NCBI GenBank assembly: GCA_964016885.1 | Contig: OZ024741.1 | Span: 208,072,001-208,136,000 of the forward strand | Length of the DNA: 64,000 nt | From: Eledone cirrhosa | Taxonomy: Eukaryota | Reading direction: 5' to 3' | Shown: piece by piece, positions 1 to 12,630 of the stretch | How the letters are laid out: the number at the start of each line of letters is the position of its first letter | Numbering within the stretch: position 1 is the stretch's first letter | The notes under the pieces: model-generated | What the model was told of the DNA's origin: nothing | The model's input: the letters and a program-made list of their open reading frames with translations, nothing else | The model's database searches: none | Position numbers and translations under genes: made by a program

Positions 1-3000
1 TATTGGAGGTGGAGCCTTCAGACTGGTGGCCGTTTATGCCGCGACCGAGCAATCGCAATCACGGCCAGACTTCTTTAAGCGTCTAGAGTCTTTTCTGGGA
101 ACGTCTCATCCTTATTTTTAGTGGGGGAGTGGAATGGTAGCCTAGATGCACGATGGGACTATGTGGGAGCATGTCCAAGTAGAGGAGGGTGCAACAGCCT
201 TAAAACTTTAATCGGCCAATTCCAACTGGCCGATAGGTATCGACTGGATTTTCCGACTGCACCACAGTGGACGTGGTCAAACCGCAGCGGGACATCTAGA
301 TCGTCTTTAGATAGATTCTTCATTAGAGAAAGGAACAGGGAGATGTTAATCTGTCCACGAATGCACATGGTTGCTTATTCAGATCACAAATTAGTCGTCT
401 GCATAGTCAACCGTGACAGAACACATAGACAGGGACCCGGATACTGGAAGCTGAACGTGTCGTTGCCGGCACGTAAAGCTTACAGTGAACGCATAAGTAG
501 AATAGTCAAGCAGCAGTTAACGGGAGACATCGTCAACAATAGATAGTGGTACTCTCTCAAGAAAGCAATTAGAATAGAATCGATAGGGTTTAGCAGAGAG
601 TTAGCCTTAGAGAAAAATAAAATAGAAAGAGAACTAGTAGCCAAGGAGAAGGAGGCACTTAGAAGTGGCAAAGTGGCTAGTGTGTTAGCGTCGAGAACGG
701 CACTGGACCAGTTCTTCGATGCGAAACACGAAGGTTGCGCGGTCAGAAGCAAAACACGTGCTCTAGGAAACGCAGGAGCGAAAGCTATCAGCTGGGCCCG
801 AGTGGCGGAGGCAAAATGTGGCAACAAGTCCCCGATTCGGTCTTGGAAAGACCAAAACGGACGCGTGGTACTTGACCCCAAGCTAATGTGCGCGGCCTTT
901 CAGCAGCACTTTCCACGACTGTTTGAGCAGAACGACGGTGAGCCGAACGGGACAATGGACTTTAGTTCATACCTCGACTGCCTGCCGCGTCTCTCGAACA
1001 CGGACGCCGAGTTCTGCGAAAGACCGATCACGGACATTGAGATACGGGACGCTCTGGGCCGCTGCGGGATGGCCTACCCTATGAGTTTTACATAGGCATG
1101 CCGGACATGTTCTCAGGCGTCCTCGAAGCCGTCTACTGCAATTGGCAGCAGAACGGGAGAATTACCAGTTCTGCAGGTAAGGGCGTAGTAACGCTGATCA
1201 GGAAAGACGAGAAGAAGGGGTACGAAATTAACAACTTCAAGCCCATAACTCTGCTCAACACAGAGTTAAAAATTTTGGGCAAGGTGCTAGCGACAATGTT
1301 GGCGCCTGTCCTCGAGAACCTGGTAGGGAAAGCGCAAACGTGTGCAATCCCGACCAGATCCATACACGACAACCTCCACCTCATGCGATACATCATAGAG
1401 AGGGTGGGTAGTAAACCCGGCTTCGGTGGGGTTCTGATCAATTAGGATCAGTTTAAGGCATTCGATAAGGTCGACCATCGATACTTGGAAGCGGTTTTCA
1501 AGGCGGCCGGTTTTGGTCCCGTTTTCAGAGGCTGGATCGAGGCGATGCACACCAGCATTTGCTCGAGAGTCAAGGTGAACGACTACCTACTGGAGCCGTT
1601 CGCAATCACGCGTTCCATTCGACAGGGTTGCCCTCTCTCCTCCATTCTGTACGTATTGTCTCTAGAGCCACTACTGCGGAAATTGGAGCTGTTGCAGGGC
1701 ATCCTTCTAGAACCGGGACTGCCCAAAGTGGCGTCAGATTATGCCGACGACGTGACGGTAATGGTGTCGAGCACCTCGGAAATCGGGGTGATCGGCAACT
1801 TACTGAAAGAATACGAAACGCTGACAGGAGCAAAACTAAACCCGGACAAGTCTGTCGGTTTGCAAATCGGTATGTGGAGGCAAACCGATGACGTCCGACA
1901 ACGTCGTTGGACGCTGGACGGACGGATCGGTGAAATTGCTAGGGGTCTGGTTCGGTCCAGACCTCCAGATAGAGAAAAACTAGAACGAGGTTACGGCCAA
2001 GGTATTTGCGCTCACCCAGAAGTGGGCAGAGTGCAAACTGTCCTTGAAAGGTCGAGCGCAGGTGGCGAACACTTTCATAGCGTCCGTCATCTACTACTGC
2101 TTGACTGTCGTGTCTTGTCTCCGTGAACACCACGCCAAGATGGAACGCATGCTCTTCCAGTTTCTGTGGAAGAAGTAAGCTCTGCTGGTGAGGAGATCCG
2201 TCTGCTGTCAGTACCCTTCCAACGGAGGGCTGGGAATGCCGTGGCTGATGATGCGCAAACATGCGCTGAGGCTGCGGCAACTCCAGGTATTCCTCACCGA
2301 CCCCCAACCGGTGTGGGCACCGTTTGTGAGACAGGCTTTCCAGCAGCTCGTCTCGCTGACGGAGCTGCAGTCCTGGGTCAAGAAAAGACCGAAAACGATG
2401 GGCGCCTGGCACATTGAATGCACTCAGGCGCTCACAGACCTCTGGCAAGCGGGCACAGCAACCATCGGAGACTCCATTTCGACAATCTATAGAGGGATTG
2501 TACGTTACAAGGGTGACGACGTGCTCGGAGAGACTCTGGGCGTCGAAGACGATGAGCTCACCAGTCTGTTTGGTAGGACTTTCTTCCCGGGATCTATGGA
2601 CAGCTTCCAGAGGTCCCTGGCTTGGAAGTGCTACTGAGGAGCTCTACCAGTTCGTGACAAGATCTACAGGCACGGACGCTCCGGCAGGGTTCCTTCGAAG
2701 AGGACTTGTGGAACTATGCAGAACAACTGCTATCGCGTATGGGACAAATACTGTTGACTGCCGTGTCCATAGTAAGGATCAAACCGCCAGCCTATTTCAA
2801 AAACGAAAGAGTCGATTTTCCTCTGTACAGCGGCTATGGTGAAAGAGGTTATATGGTGGACGAGATTGAGAGGACTGGGGACAGATGCCTTTCTCTCCAG
2901 ACAACAATTGATTCCCTTCTTTAAGTATCACTTTAGAAGGCGAATCAGAGTGGGGAGAGAGGCACTTCACCCCAGTAAATTTACTAAAAGGTGGGTGAAT

Positions 3001-3285
3001 GTGGCAAAAATGGCCCGAGTGATTGGGCCTTCTCCGTTTATAAGCCTGTAGGTTGAAGAAGAGAGCAACTGGAAGAAAGGGGCACTTGCACAACACGCTC
3101 CTGAAGTTTAGGGTTGTTCTATCGACGGGGTATCAAACAACTAATTTATGGCGCTTCCCCCCTATTGGGGATTTCGCTTGTTATAATTGTTTGTTTTATA
3201 TTTTTTATACGACTGTATATAAAATCCCCGGCATGTCTTTGTATTGTCCCATTTTCTTGTGCGCCCTTCTGGCAAATAAAGAAAT
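1..3285 (+). mobile_element. Decayed L1/Tx1-clade LINE ORF2 (APE endonuclease, RT, C-terminal domain) plus 3' UTR; starts before the window
   Basis: APE motifs (SSLDRFFI, YSDHKLV, GPGYWKLN); RT motifs (NFKPITLLNTELKIL, RQGCPLS, YADD); GGLGMP; many stops and frameshifts; AATAAA near 3275 followed by an (ATCT/ATCC)n tail. Confidence 0.92.
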
Positions 3286-3909
3286 CTATTTATCCATCTA
3301 TCCATCTATCCATCCATCTATCACTGACACAAGTTCCTAACCGGTACAACGCACAGTTATCCCACCGCCAGCCCCCAAAATTATCGTGTGATATTTTCAT
3401 TTTATCTCATATCTGTATCGTATGTCACTCAGGGGTCTATTTCTCATCCCAAATCTCCTCTACCCTTATCCCTAACGCTTCCTACCCCCTAACTCAACAC
3501 CTTCACCACCAACATCACACCCACCATCATTACCAATAACAACACATATGTGTTTGTGTGAGGTGACAGTGGGTATGTATCCCTCATTTAGTTATACACC
3601 TTCACATTACTGCACCCTCCTCAGGAGTATCTTAAATATACTCATGACATTTTAACATCGCTACTCATTTATTTTCCTTATCACCTTTAGTTATCTAAGA
3701 AGTTACATAAACACACATACACACATACATGCACGCACAAACACGCACATGTTCACACACACGCACCTATATATATAAACACACAAACACACATACATGC
3801 ACGCACAATCATACACATGTATGTATACACACGCCCACACATACACTCACATATACATACATACATATATATATACACACACATACACACACAAACATAT
3901 ATATATATA

Positions 3910-4260
3910 AACGGAAAAAATGAAACGAAATTTCATTTCCCATGCAAATTGGGCTACTCAGCCGTTAATATGCATAAGGTAAGTATATACGTTCAACAAT
4001 CTGGCAGGAAGGTATACGTTGCTGACGATAGCTAATAAGCTTGAAACTAGTACAGCGTTCCTTTGTCAGTGTTGAACAAACGAGCAACGATGGTTGCTGG
4101 ACACTACGGCTTAATACGGGATGTTTGTTTACAAACACACCGAGCATTATAATAAATATTCGATGAATCCATACGTACATATATATATGTGTGCATGTAT
4201 GTATATATATATACATACTACTGTACGTCTGTATACATATATGTATGTACGTGTACATAT
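3910..4260 (+). mobile_element. Solo PLE pseudo-LTR with inverted terminal tail in (TA)n; second copy at 25834-26130
   Basis: Near-identical to 25834-26060; 3910-3940 is the reverse complement of about 26098-26130; contains an HHR. Confidence 0.7.
4017..4057 (+). ncRNA. Minimal type I hammerhead ribozyme
   Basis: CGUUG-CUGACGA-(U AGCU AAUA AGCU U)-GAAA-CUAG-UA-CAGCG; palindromic mini stem III typical of dimeric PLE HHRs. Confidence 0.75.
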
Positions 4261-4279
4261 ATATATATATATGTATATA

Positions 4280-4324
<45 letters not shown>

Positions 4325-4437
4325 ACAGAGAGATATAGTAAAATAATTGTACGAAAAACGGAGCACTCAGGAAAGTAAAATAAAAAACCATCTATCTTCT
4401 GCACTTTCTCTCTTTCTTCCCCCTCTCTCTCCATCTT

Positions 4438-4526
<89 letters not shown>

Positions 4527-4657
4527 GTGAGGTTTTTTTTACAAAATGAAAAATAACCGAGGTGTCCTACACGAGTGAAAGTATAAAGAAAAAGAGATGA
4601 AATCGAAAATGCAACTGGAGTCTTATTTTTTTAAAAAATATATATATTTATTTGGTT

Positions 4658-4695
4658 CCTTTACCGGTTTCACAGTTCTTCTGCTTTTCAAAAGG
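4658..4695 (-). ncRNA. Type I hammerhead with U3-A8 core variant
   Basis: CCUU-UUGAAAA-GCAG AAGAA CUGU-GAAA-CCGG-UA-AAGG; same family as 26311-26346. Confidence 0.7.
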
Positions 4696-4726
4696 TGAGT
4701 TGAGATGGAGGGTCTGTGGTTTTTAT

Positions 4727-5188
4727 ATATACGATATTAACAAATGGAAACTATATTTATAAAACCATATCTATTTTATTATACATATTTCAAGGATACC
4801 ATGTTAAATTATGGTATGCTTTCATCAGACAAAATACAATATAAACCAGTTTTATAAATAAACATTGACGTACCCTTTCAAAATGCAACCGTTACTTTTG
4901 GAAGACATCACTATCCTTGATGTCTTCCAAAAGTAACGGTTGCATTTTGAAAGGGTACATCAATGTTTATTTATAAAACTGGTTTATATTGTATTTTGTC
5001 TGATGAAAGCATACCATAATTTAACATGGTATCCTTGAAATATGTATAATAAAATAGATATGGTTTTATAAATATAGTTTCCATTTGTTAATATCGTATA
5101 TTTACTCCAAATACTTGTCGAGTGCTTTATATCAGTTATAAAAATGTTTGCATGTTGTATCCCAACAATTTAAATAGAACTTTTGCAT
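4727..5188. mobile_element. Fold-back PLE pLTR derivative: about 184 bp inverted arms, 7 nt loop, 3' tail
   Basis: 4727-4910 is the reverse complement of 4918-5101 (one mismatch seen); HHR in each arm; tail ends in (TA)n. Confidence 0.85.
4992..5056 (+). ncRNA. Type I hammerhead (mirror copy 4772-4836 on minus strand)
   Basis: UAUUUUGU-CUGAUGA-stem II (AAG/AUACCAU...AUGGUAU/CUU)-GAAA-UAUGUAU-A-AUAAAAUA. Confidence 0.8.
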
Positions 5189-5284
5189 ATATATATATAT
5201 ATTTAGAGAGAGAGGCAGAGATATAGATATATTTCTTTATTTGGATAGATCGATAGATTGATGGAATAGACTTAGTTATTTTCT

Positions 5285-5337
<53 letters not shown>

Positions 5338-5560
5338 TTACTGCTGCTGCTACTGCTACTGCTGCTGCTACAAGATGGTGATCATTCAAACACATATTTA
5401 TGATTAAGTGACGGCCAGAAAAAGGAATCGTCAAGTGGTGTCCAACTTTCTCTTCGGCCACCACATTCGCTGACTGGTGGGTCGGCATTGATGGCCTCTG
5501 TCACTGTCCACCTTATCCAGTCTTCCACATTTATATCCCTTAACTATTTCATATTGCAAT
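5285..5560 (-). mobile_element. Probable 3' end of an RTE-like LINE with (TAG)n tail
   Basis: Minus-strand remnant INVEDWIRWTVTEA followed by a short UTR and a (TAG)n/(CAG)n tract. Confidence 0.35.
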
Positions 5561-5569
5561 GAAGAAAAT

Positions 5570-5628
<59 letters not shown>

Positions 5629-5654
5629 CTCCCCCCCTCTCTCTCTCTCTCTTT

Positions 5655-6030
5655 CTAGGGCGGGTAAAATTCCCGAGATCCATGGACGAGTTCTCTCCAG
5701 CGGTCTCTGTCCCTCATTATCGCTGCCATGTCCTGCGTCTCCAACAGACCAGTGTCTGTCCTTAGGACATCAACATACGTTAAACTTGGTCTTTCTCTTC
5801 CAGTGTGTCCATGTAGGGGCTCCCACAGGAGCACTGAGTGCAATGTCAACTTTGGATGTCTGTGAGCATGTCTGGCTAACTCAGTCTCCCCTGTGTCACT
5901 TCTGAGTTGACTTTTGGGAGGCACCCATACAGCTCTGAGTTTCTCATCCTCAGTGTATACTGATTAATGTTCAGAGCCATCCTCAGCATTCTTGTGTAGC
6001 ACCCATCCACCATCTGAGTGAGTTTCTTGG
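5655..6030 (-). mobile_element. RTE-group LINE C-terminal fragment
   Basis: LARHAHRHP..LLWEPLHG..GR..LTYVDVLRTDTG..MRDRDRWRELV is typical of the RTE/RTE-X ORF end. Confidence 0.75.
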
Positions 6031-6049
6031 TCTATATATATATATATAT

Positions 6050-8517
6050 CAACACACCACGGGGGTAGCCATGGGCACAAGAATGGGCCCAAACTATGCC
6101 AACCTTTTCGTTGGCCATGTTGAGGCCCAAATCTTTGCCCTGTACAGCGGCCCCACGCTTGAACTGTACGGTCGTTACATCGACGATTGTATCGGAGCCA
6201 TGACCCTCACCCGAGAACAACTCGACTCCTTTCTCTCCTTCTTCTGCTCCTTCTACCCCTCCCTCCACTTCACCACCTCTATCTCCACCACCCACGTCCA
6301 CTTCTTAGACAGATCCGTCGCCATCGACCCCTCCCACCACGCCCTCGTCACCTCTGCCTTCTTCAAACCCACCGACTCTCACTCCTACCTCGACTTCACC
6401 TCCTCCCAACCTACACACACACAAAACACTCTATTCCCTACTCCCAACTCCTCCGGATCCGCCGCCTCCGCAGCCGAGACGCTGACTTTAAGTCCCAGGC
6501 CCTTTCCCTAGTCAGCCATTTCATCCGGAGAGGTTCCCCCCTCCTCCCTCGTCCACACCACCCACACTCGCACCCGTGCTGTCCACCGCTCCACCACCCT
6601 GACCCAACGCCACCGCATACCAACCCACCATCTCCCCTTCCCCATCACCTACAACCCCTCCACCCTATCCCTCCACCGCACCATCCTCCGCCTCTTCCGA
6701 TGCCTCCAGTCCGAGCCCTCCACCTCTCCCATCTTCCCATCCTCACCCTTCCCCTCCTTCAAACGCACACGCAATCTCCGCACCCTCCTCGTCCGTAGCT
6801 CCATACCCCCAACCCACGCTCCCCCCTCGGTTCCATTCCCTGCTCCAGGCCTCGCTGCCACATCTGCCCCCACATCACCAACACCACCACCTTCCAGGTT
6901 ACCAACGGCCACTCTCTCTCTGTCCGGCACGCCTTCCGCTGCATCTCCTCCAACCTAGTCTATGGAATTCGCTGCACTCCGTGCAGCGCAACCTACGTCG
7001 GACAGACTGGGCGTCGCCTGGCGGACCGTTTCACCGAACACCTCCGGGATATTCGTCTCGGCGGCAGTTCCCCCATCGCCCGCCACTTTGGCCCCCTTGG
7101 ACATTTCGCCCACCACCTCACAGTCTGTGGCCTGCTCCAATGCCATGGAACACCCGCTTCACGGTCGAACGACACACCATCTTCACCCTACAGACCCACA
7201 CCCCCTCCTGCCTGAACTCCCCACTCCTATCCTTTAGCCTTCGACATCCCCACACATCCCCCACTAACACCACTAACACACTCCTCCTTTTCACCGCCCC
7301 ACCCCCTTAGCCCACCCCACAACTAACAATACTAACAATATTACCACCAGTAATACTAACACCCACTAACACCCCCTCTTCCACACACACACTCATCCAA
7401 ACACGCACACACACACCAGTACATTACCCTCCCTCCTCCGTCCCCAACACCTTTTTTCTCCCTCTCCCTCTCCCCGCTCCACCTACACCCCTTCACACAC
7501 ACACATCTCACTAACACCTCTACTAATATACACCCAATCCCCCCTCATCACCACCTTCCCCCTCCACCTTTCACACCTACCCCTCCCTTCCCTGTCCACC
7601 ACACCTCCGCACACACAGACACACAGTCCTCACCACATACAGGCCATTTCTCCACCTGTCATCCTCCTCTACTGCTATCTCTTCACCCTGCCTTGACTCT
7701 CTAACCACTTCCTGTTCCGCGCGCACCCCACATCTCTCCACTTCTGACCACCACAACTAATGGATTCCACACCACCTGTCATCGTTCCAGCTATCCACTC
7801 TATAACATGAGAAATATCCAACATCTTATCGCACACTCCTCGGAACTACCTTAGGAACTTACCCACGAACAAACACTCACATTTTTTTTCGAACCACGCC
7901 ACCAACATCCACACCACGTATATACACAAACACACACGTGCGCACACATATACACACTCAGCCTCCGGAATCCACACGTCCCCCTCCCCCACCCCTTTGA
8001 CCCCTCTCCATCCACACGCACACACACACCGACTTACACCTCACCCCACACTTTTTCCTGAACATGGAATCTCGTTCTTTCCCCAACTCTCACATTCACA
8101 TACACACGGACACACACACCCGTACACCTACACACACACCCGTACACCTACACACATACACAAACACCACATTCCCTCTCCCAATTTCACCCGCCACCAC
8201 ACCTACACGCCTCACACCCTTCCACCACTTGTTTATTTTTGTTTATTTTTATGTTTATTTTTGTTTATTTTTATTTTTATTTTTATTTGTACTTCTTCAA
8301 TCGTTTTTCCTCCCTTTTCTCTCCCCTCCCCCTTTTTTCTAAATGTCTTTCCACCACTCCCCCACACACCCTCGGAACTCGCCTCCTACCCACTATTCTC
8401 CTGATGAAGGGCTTATGCCCGAAACATCGCCCCCCCACACACACACTCTCAAAAGCGTGAACCTAATAAACTCTTATTTGTACTGCCTCTGTTTTTGTTC
8501 CCGTCTAAGTTTTAACT
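6050..8517 (+). mobile_element. 5'-truncated Neptune-like PLE (RT C-terminal half, Cys linker, GIY-YIG, pLTR) in (TA)n
   Basis: GVAMGTRMGPNYANLF, RYIDD, FLD, KPTDSHSYL; CSRPRCHIC linker; LVYGIRCTPCSATYVGQTGRRLADRFTEH; HHR core at 8401; TA tracts on both sides. Confidence 0.9.
8401..8430 (+). ncRNA. Minimal hammerhead core (stem I degenerate)
   Basis: CUGAUGA-A-GGGC UUAU GCCC-GAAA-CAUC. Confidence 0.6.
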
Positions 8518-8792
8518 ATATATATATATATATATATCCCCTGTTCTTGCTTTCTTCGTATTCCCACTGAATTTTAAGTTACTTTAAATAGCAACTACAC
8601 AGTCATTTCTATTCTCCATATATTTCATCATGTTTTTCGCTGTGACCATTCTTCTCTCCCCGTCTACCTACCTATTTCGCCACTTTCTACTCTCATCCTT
8701 CTTTCTTCCCCTCCTTTTCTCCCTATCTACTCTTACCCCACTTTCTCCCTCTCCCTTTCTCCCTCTCACTTTCATCCCCTCGTCTAACCGTA

Positions 8793-9145
8793 TATTGTAT
8801 ATATCAGTAAGAACAATGAAGTTTCGCTTACATGTATTTAGATTGTTATTGTGTATCAACCTGTTATGCGTGTTTCGTAGAAGATTGGCTCGGGGTGACA
8901 AACACTATATTTTTTATCGCATCGCTAGTTTGATGAACAGATCAATAACTGAGTCGGGTCCATAACTTCTATGGGTGACCCTAGGCCAATCCTATGCGAA
9001 ACGCGCATAACAGGTCGATACACCATAACAATTTAAATACATGTAAACGAAACTTCATCGTTCTTACTGATATATACAATCTGCTTGTGTATTGAGTGCT
9101 TAATTTGGTACCACCACCAGTAATTCACTGAATCATTTACACCGT
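8793..9145. mobile_element. Diverged fold-back pLTR derivative with degenerate long-stem-II HHR and tail
   Basis: 8793-8900 inverted to 8974-9081; UUGAUGA...GCGAAACGCG; a related tail is inverted at 16822-16925. Confidence 0.6.
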
Positions 9146-9279
9146 ATATATATATATATATATAAAAATGTAATCTGAGATTTTCGAATACTAATAATAA
9201 TATTCGATTCGTTTGCAATTATGCAAGCAGCTTCTTTTAAGCCATGTCAGTAGAATGAGTCCCTCATTCTTGCTCTTGT

Positions 9280-9362
9280 GTTGGCATGTAAACAGAACTG
9301 CAGACACTAATGTTTCTGGGTGATTACCCTTCATCAGTGCAGTTTACTGTTCACCTGCTAAC
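9280..9362 (-). ncRNA. Full type I hammerhead with extended stem I and GUC cleavage site
   Basis: GUGAACAG UA AACUGCA-CUGAUGA-A GGGU AAUC ACCC A-GAAA-CA UUAG UG-UC-UGCAGUU CUGUUUAC. Confidence 0.85.
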
Positions 9363-9421
9363 TGTCAGAGCTAGTGAAAATATATGATATTTTCTAAAAT
9401 ATGCAGTGACTGATTGGCATG

Positions 9422-9495
9422 ATTTGCATATTAGCAGACTGGCTGATCAGTCAGATTTGCATATTAGCAGATCTGCTAATCAGCTAGATTTGCAT
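9422..9495. promoter_or_regulatory. Three octamer motifs (ATTTGCAT) at 33 bp spacing
   Basis: ATTTGCAT at 9422, 9455 and 9488 within a GATTTGCATATYAGCAGA repeat; function unproven. Confidence 0.4.
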
Positions 9496-9580
9496 ATCAG
9501 CAGATAGGCCATTCGGTTTCGTGTATACAAGCGATTAATGGCCAGCTTTGCCATATTCAAATAACTAAAAAAAAAATATA

Positions 9581-9659
<79 letters not shown>

Positions 9660-9660
<1 letters not shown>

Positions 9661-12630
9661 TTTTGCGAGGTTTTTGATATGAAATCGTGTGTCGAAACAA
9701 ATATTGTTATATTTGGGGAGGGTCATATTTGTGTAATATTGCCAGAATTAATAACAGAACACACTCACTGTTTGGAGGGTTTTCGCTTTTCGCTTCTCTG
9801 TCTTTTATATCGGTAATCTAATTTATTCGGTCCTCAATGTTGCCATTGACTGACCAACGGTCAAAAATAATACAGATACAATATAGACACAAACACATAT
9901 ATATTTTATCAAAGTTCTTTCGTTGCACATCTGCAATGGTGCTATTGTTTCCTCCCGTTACATTGTATTTTCTACGCCATCTTTATTTAGACTGTTTATA
10001 TATTTATTTATTTGTTTATTTTATTTTGTCTTCTTTGCGCATGCGTTTGCGTGTGTGTATAGTGTTTTGTTTGATGTGTGTTCGTGATTGGGTGACTGTG
10101 TATTGGTTAATGTATTCTATCTTTACTAGTGTGTGTTTATATGTGTTTGTTGTTATTGTGCTTGTGTATGTATTTATTTATTTATCTATTTATTTATTTA
10201 TTTATACTTCTCTTAGGTCAGTGTTGTTTGTTTGGGTGTTGTTGTATTCCATTCATTCTTTCTGTTTAGCCTTGGCCTTCTAAGTTCTATTTCACTGGCA
10301 TCTCTGATTTGCCTATCTGCTGGGTCATTTCTATATTTAGATATTATTCTAATTTCTATTTTGTCTATGTTACCGTCGTGTTGTTGTCTGGCATGTTCGT
10401 ATAGTACTGACCCGTTTTTTCGTCCTTTTAGTACCCCCCAGTGTTGGTCTATCCTTTCACCTATGCTACGAGCTGTCTCGCCTATGTATGTTGTCATGTT
10501 TCTGCAAGTACCCTCTGTACATATTATGCTATAGACTACGTTTCTAGTTTTACAGTTTATCCGGGGGTTTACCTTACATATGATACTTTTCCTATTCGTA
10601 CAGTGGGTTTTTTTAAAAGGGTAGGTTTTGCTGATCAGGGATTTTATGGTGGTTCCTGGCTTTTCTACCACTTTAATCTTTAAGTGGGTCTTTCTCAGGG
10701 TCTTTCTACACTGGTTAGCTAATTTCCCTCCAGGGGTAGCGTCCACAAACATGACACTCTGGTATCTCTGGTTGTCGTACCATGAGGTGGCTTTCCCTAT
10801 CTTATGTCTAGCCCTATCTAAGCTATTCCATGATTTGCTCCTGTATAATGGGCAAATTGCTTTCATGTCCAGTTCTATGAGGGTCTTATACTTCTCCATG
10901 GCTCCTTCGTATACTCTGACTCTGACTCTTTGGTTGTAGCCAGAGAACTGCATGCGGTTGATGAAGTGTTGGATGTGTATTTCAATTTCTGTTGGGTCGC
11001 ACATGCGGGACACATTCTTCATCACTCGTACCAAATCTGCGATCAGAATATTAAACTTAGCACTACTGGACATTGCCGAGTTTTTGAGTATCAGGTATTT
11101 GGAGGCCATGGGTTTAGCATAGTGTGAGTGGAGAATTTTGGCTCTCTCGTCTATAGTGTTAATCCAGAGTTCCGTGTCTAATACAGGTAGTCTATTGTTA
11201 GGGAGTTTGGAAGGGTAGTCGATAGTTACAGTTATACTCTGGTGTATGGAATTAGCTATCTGCTGGATGCTTTCCATTGTGCTACGTTCTAAATCAAACT
11301 TGTTAGTGCTCTCTTGTGGGGATGTTCTTATAACTATATTGATATCGTCTACGTAACGAGAGTACATGATGAGGTCTATGGAGCTCTCAATAAGGAGATC
11401 TTTAAGTCTCCTTTCCCACCATACCATGAAAAGGTTGGTAACATCACCAGCTATGCTGACGCCAATGGCTGCTCCCTCATTTTGGGTGTAGATCTTCTCG
11501 TTGAACTTGAATATGTGGCCCTTTAGGGTAGTTTTGATACTAGCCCCTATTGCATGTGCGACCATTTTTGTTACCTTATCATTGTTTTGGGGGGTCCGTA
11601 TAGTTTTGGTCCACCCAATGCACCTTCACATGGGAGTCTTTTTAGCCATTGAGGTTATGGTGGGGGATCTACCTCTTATGGGTCTACTAGGGCAGAAACG
11701 TCTAAGGTCATGGCTGTCTAGGTAGTCAGTGTCGTAGGTAAGTTAAAGTAGGAGGCCCAGTTCGTTTTATGTCGACGTCGCAGAACTCCACCTCACTCTC
11801 AATGATCATCTCCACACATTTTTCCACAGCAAAATCAATGTTAATAGATGGGTACAGTGATACCACATCCATGCTGCCTATTATGCAGTTGGATAGGTTC
11901 CTGTTTTTGTTGCACTCACTGATTCCGCTGAGGAGGTCCTCTGTACTGTCACATACATCTGGGGACATCTAGATTATGGGGCGTATAACCATTGAGAGGA
12001 AGTAGGAGATCCTGTAGTTGCTAGCTATATTTGCTCCGCATACGGGTCTTGTTGGTGGTCCTGTTGTCGGGTTGTCGACTGTGTCGTGGTCTTTGCGGAG
12101 CCCATACAAGGGTGGTATGCCACTGTCAACCCAGCTGACAAAACATATAAGATGGGTAATATCTATCCTACGAGGTTACCCTTTAATAAAAGAGTTTGCA
12201 TACCACAACAAATAGATGACGAGATAGAGGCACAGTTCACCATAGCTAGAAATAAGATTAGACAAATAGTAGCCCGGTATACTAAGAGACAGAGCAGACC
12301 AGAGGTCCAACAACTTGGGAGGAAACCTGTAGAAGGCTTGGTTAGCCTCAAGCAGCGTACAAGGGAGGTGAGGTAGTATGTCTACCCACGGATAAGTCTG
12401 GTAGGATATCAATAGATAGCATGCCGAACTACATCAAGGATATGAAACCCCACATCACCAACACGAGCGAAATTGCACAGCAAACACATGATGGGAGAGA
12501 GAAAATCCTCAACGCTCACATGATGATGTGGACCGACATCCTAAAGCCAAGCAGACGCACTGCCAACAACTTCCAGGCGTCTAACAATGGCATACCACCC
12601 TTGTATGGGCTCCGCAAAGACCACAATACA
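9660..12630 (-). mobile_element. PLE (RT plus C-terminal GIY-YIG, clade unassigned) with an inverted 5' segment
   Basis: GSMDVVSLYPSI, QNEGAAIG, RYVDD, PVLDT, YAKPM, VVYSIIC..TYIGETARSIGERIDQH; 12130-12630 encodes the upstream part (GIPPLYGLRKDH) on the + strand. Confidence 0.9.
10213..11565 (-). pseudogene. PLE RT-thumb-GIY-YIG ORF remnant (450 aa open)
   Basis: YVDD catalytic motif and GIY-YIG VVY...YIGET; the upstream part is frameshifted. Confidence 0.85.
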
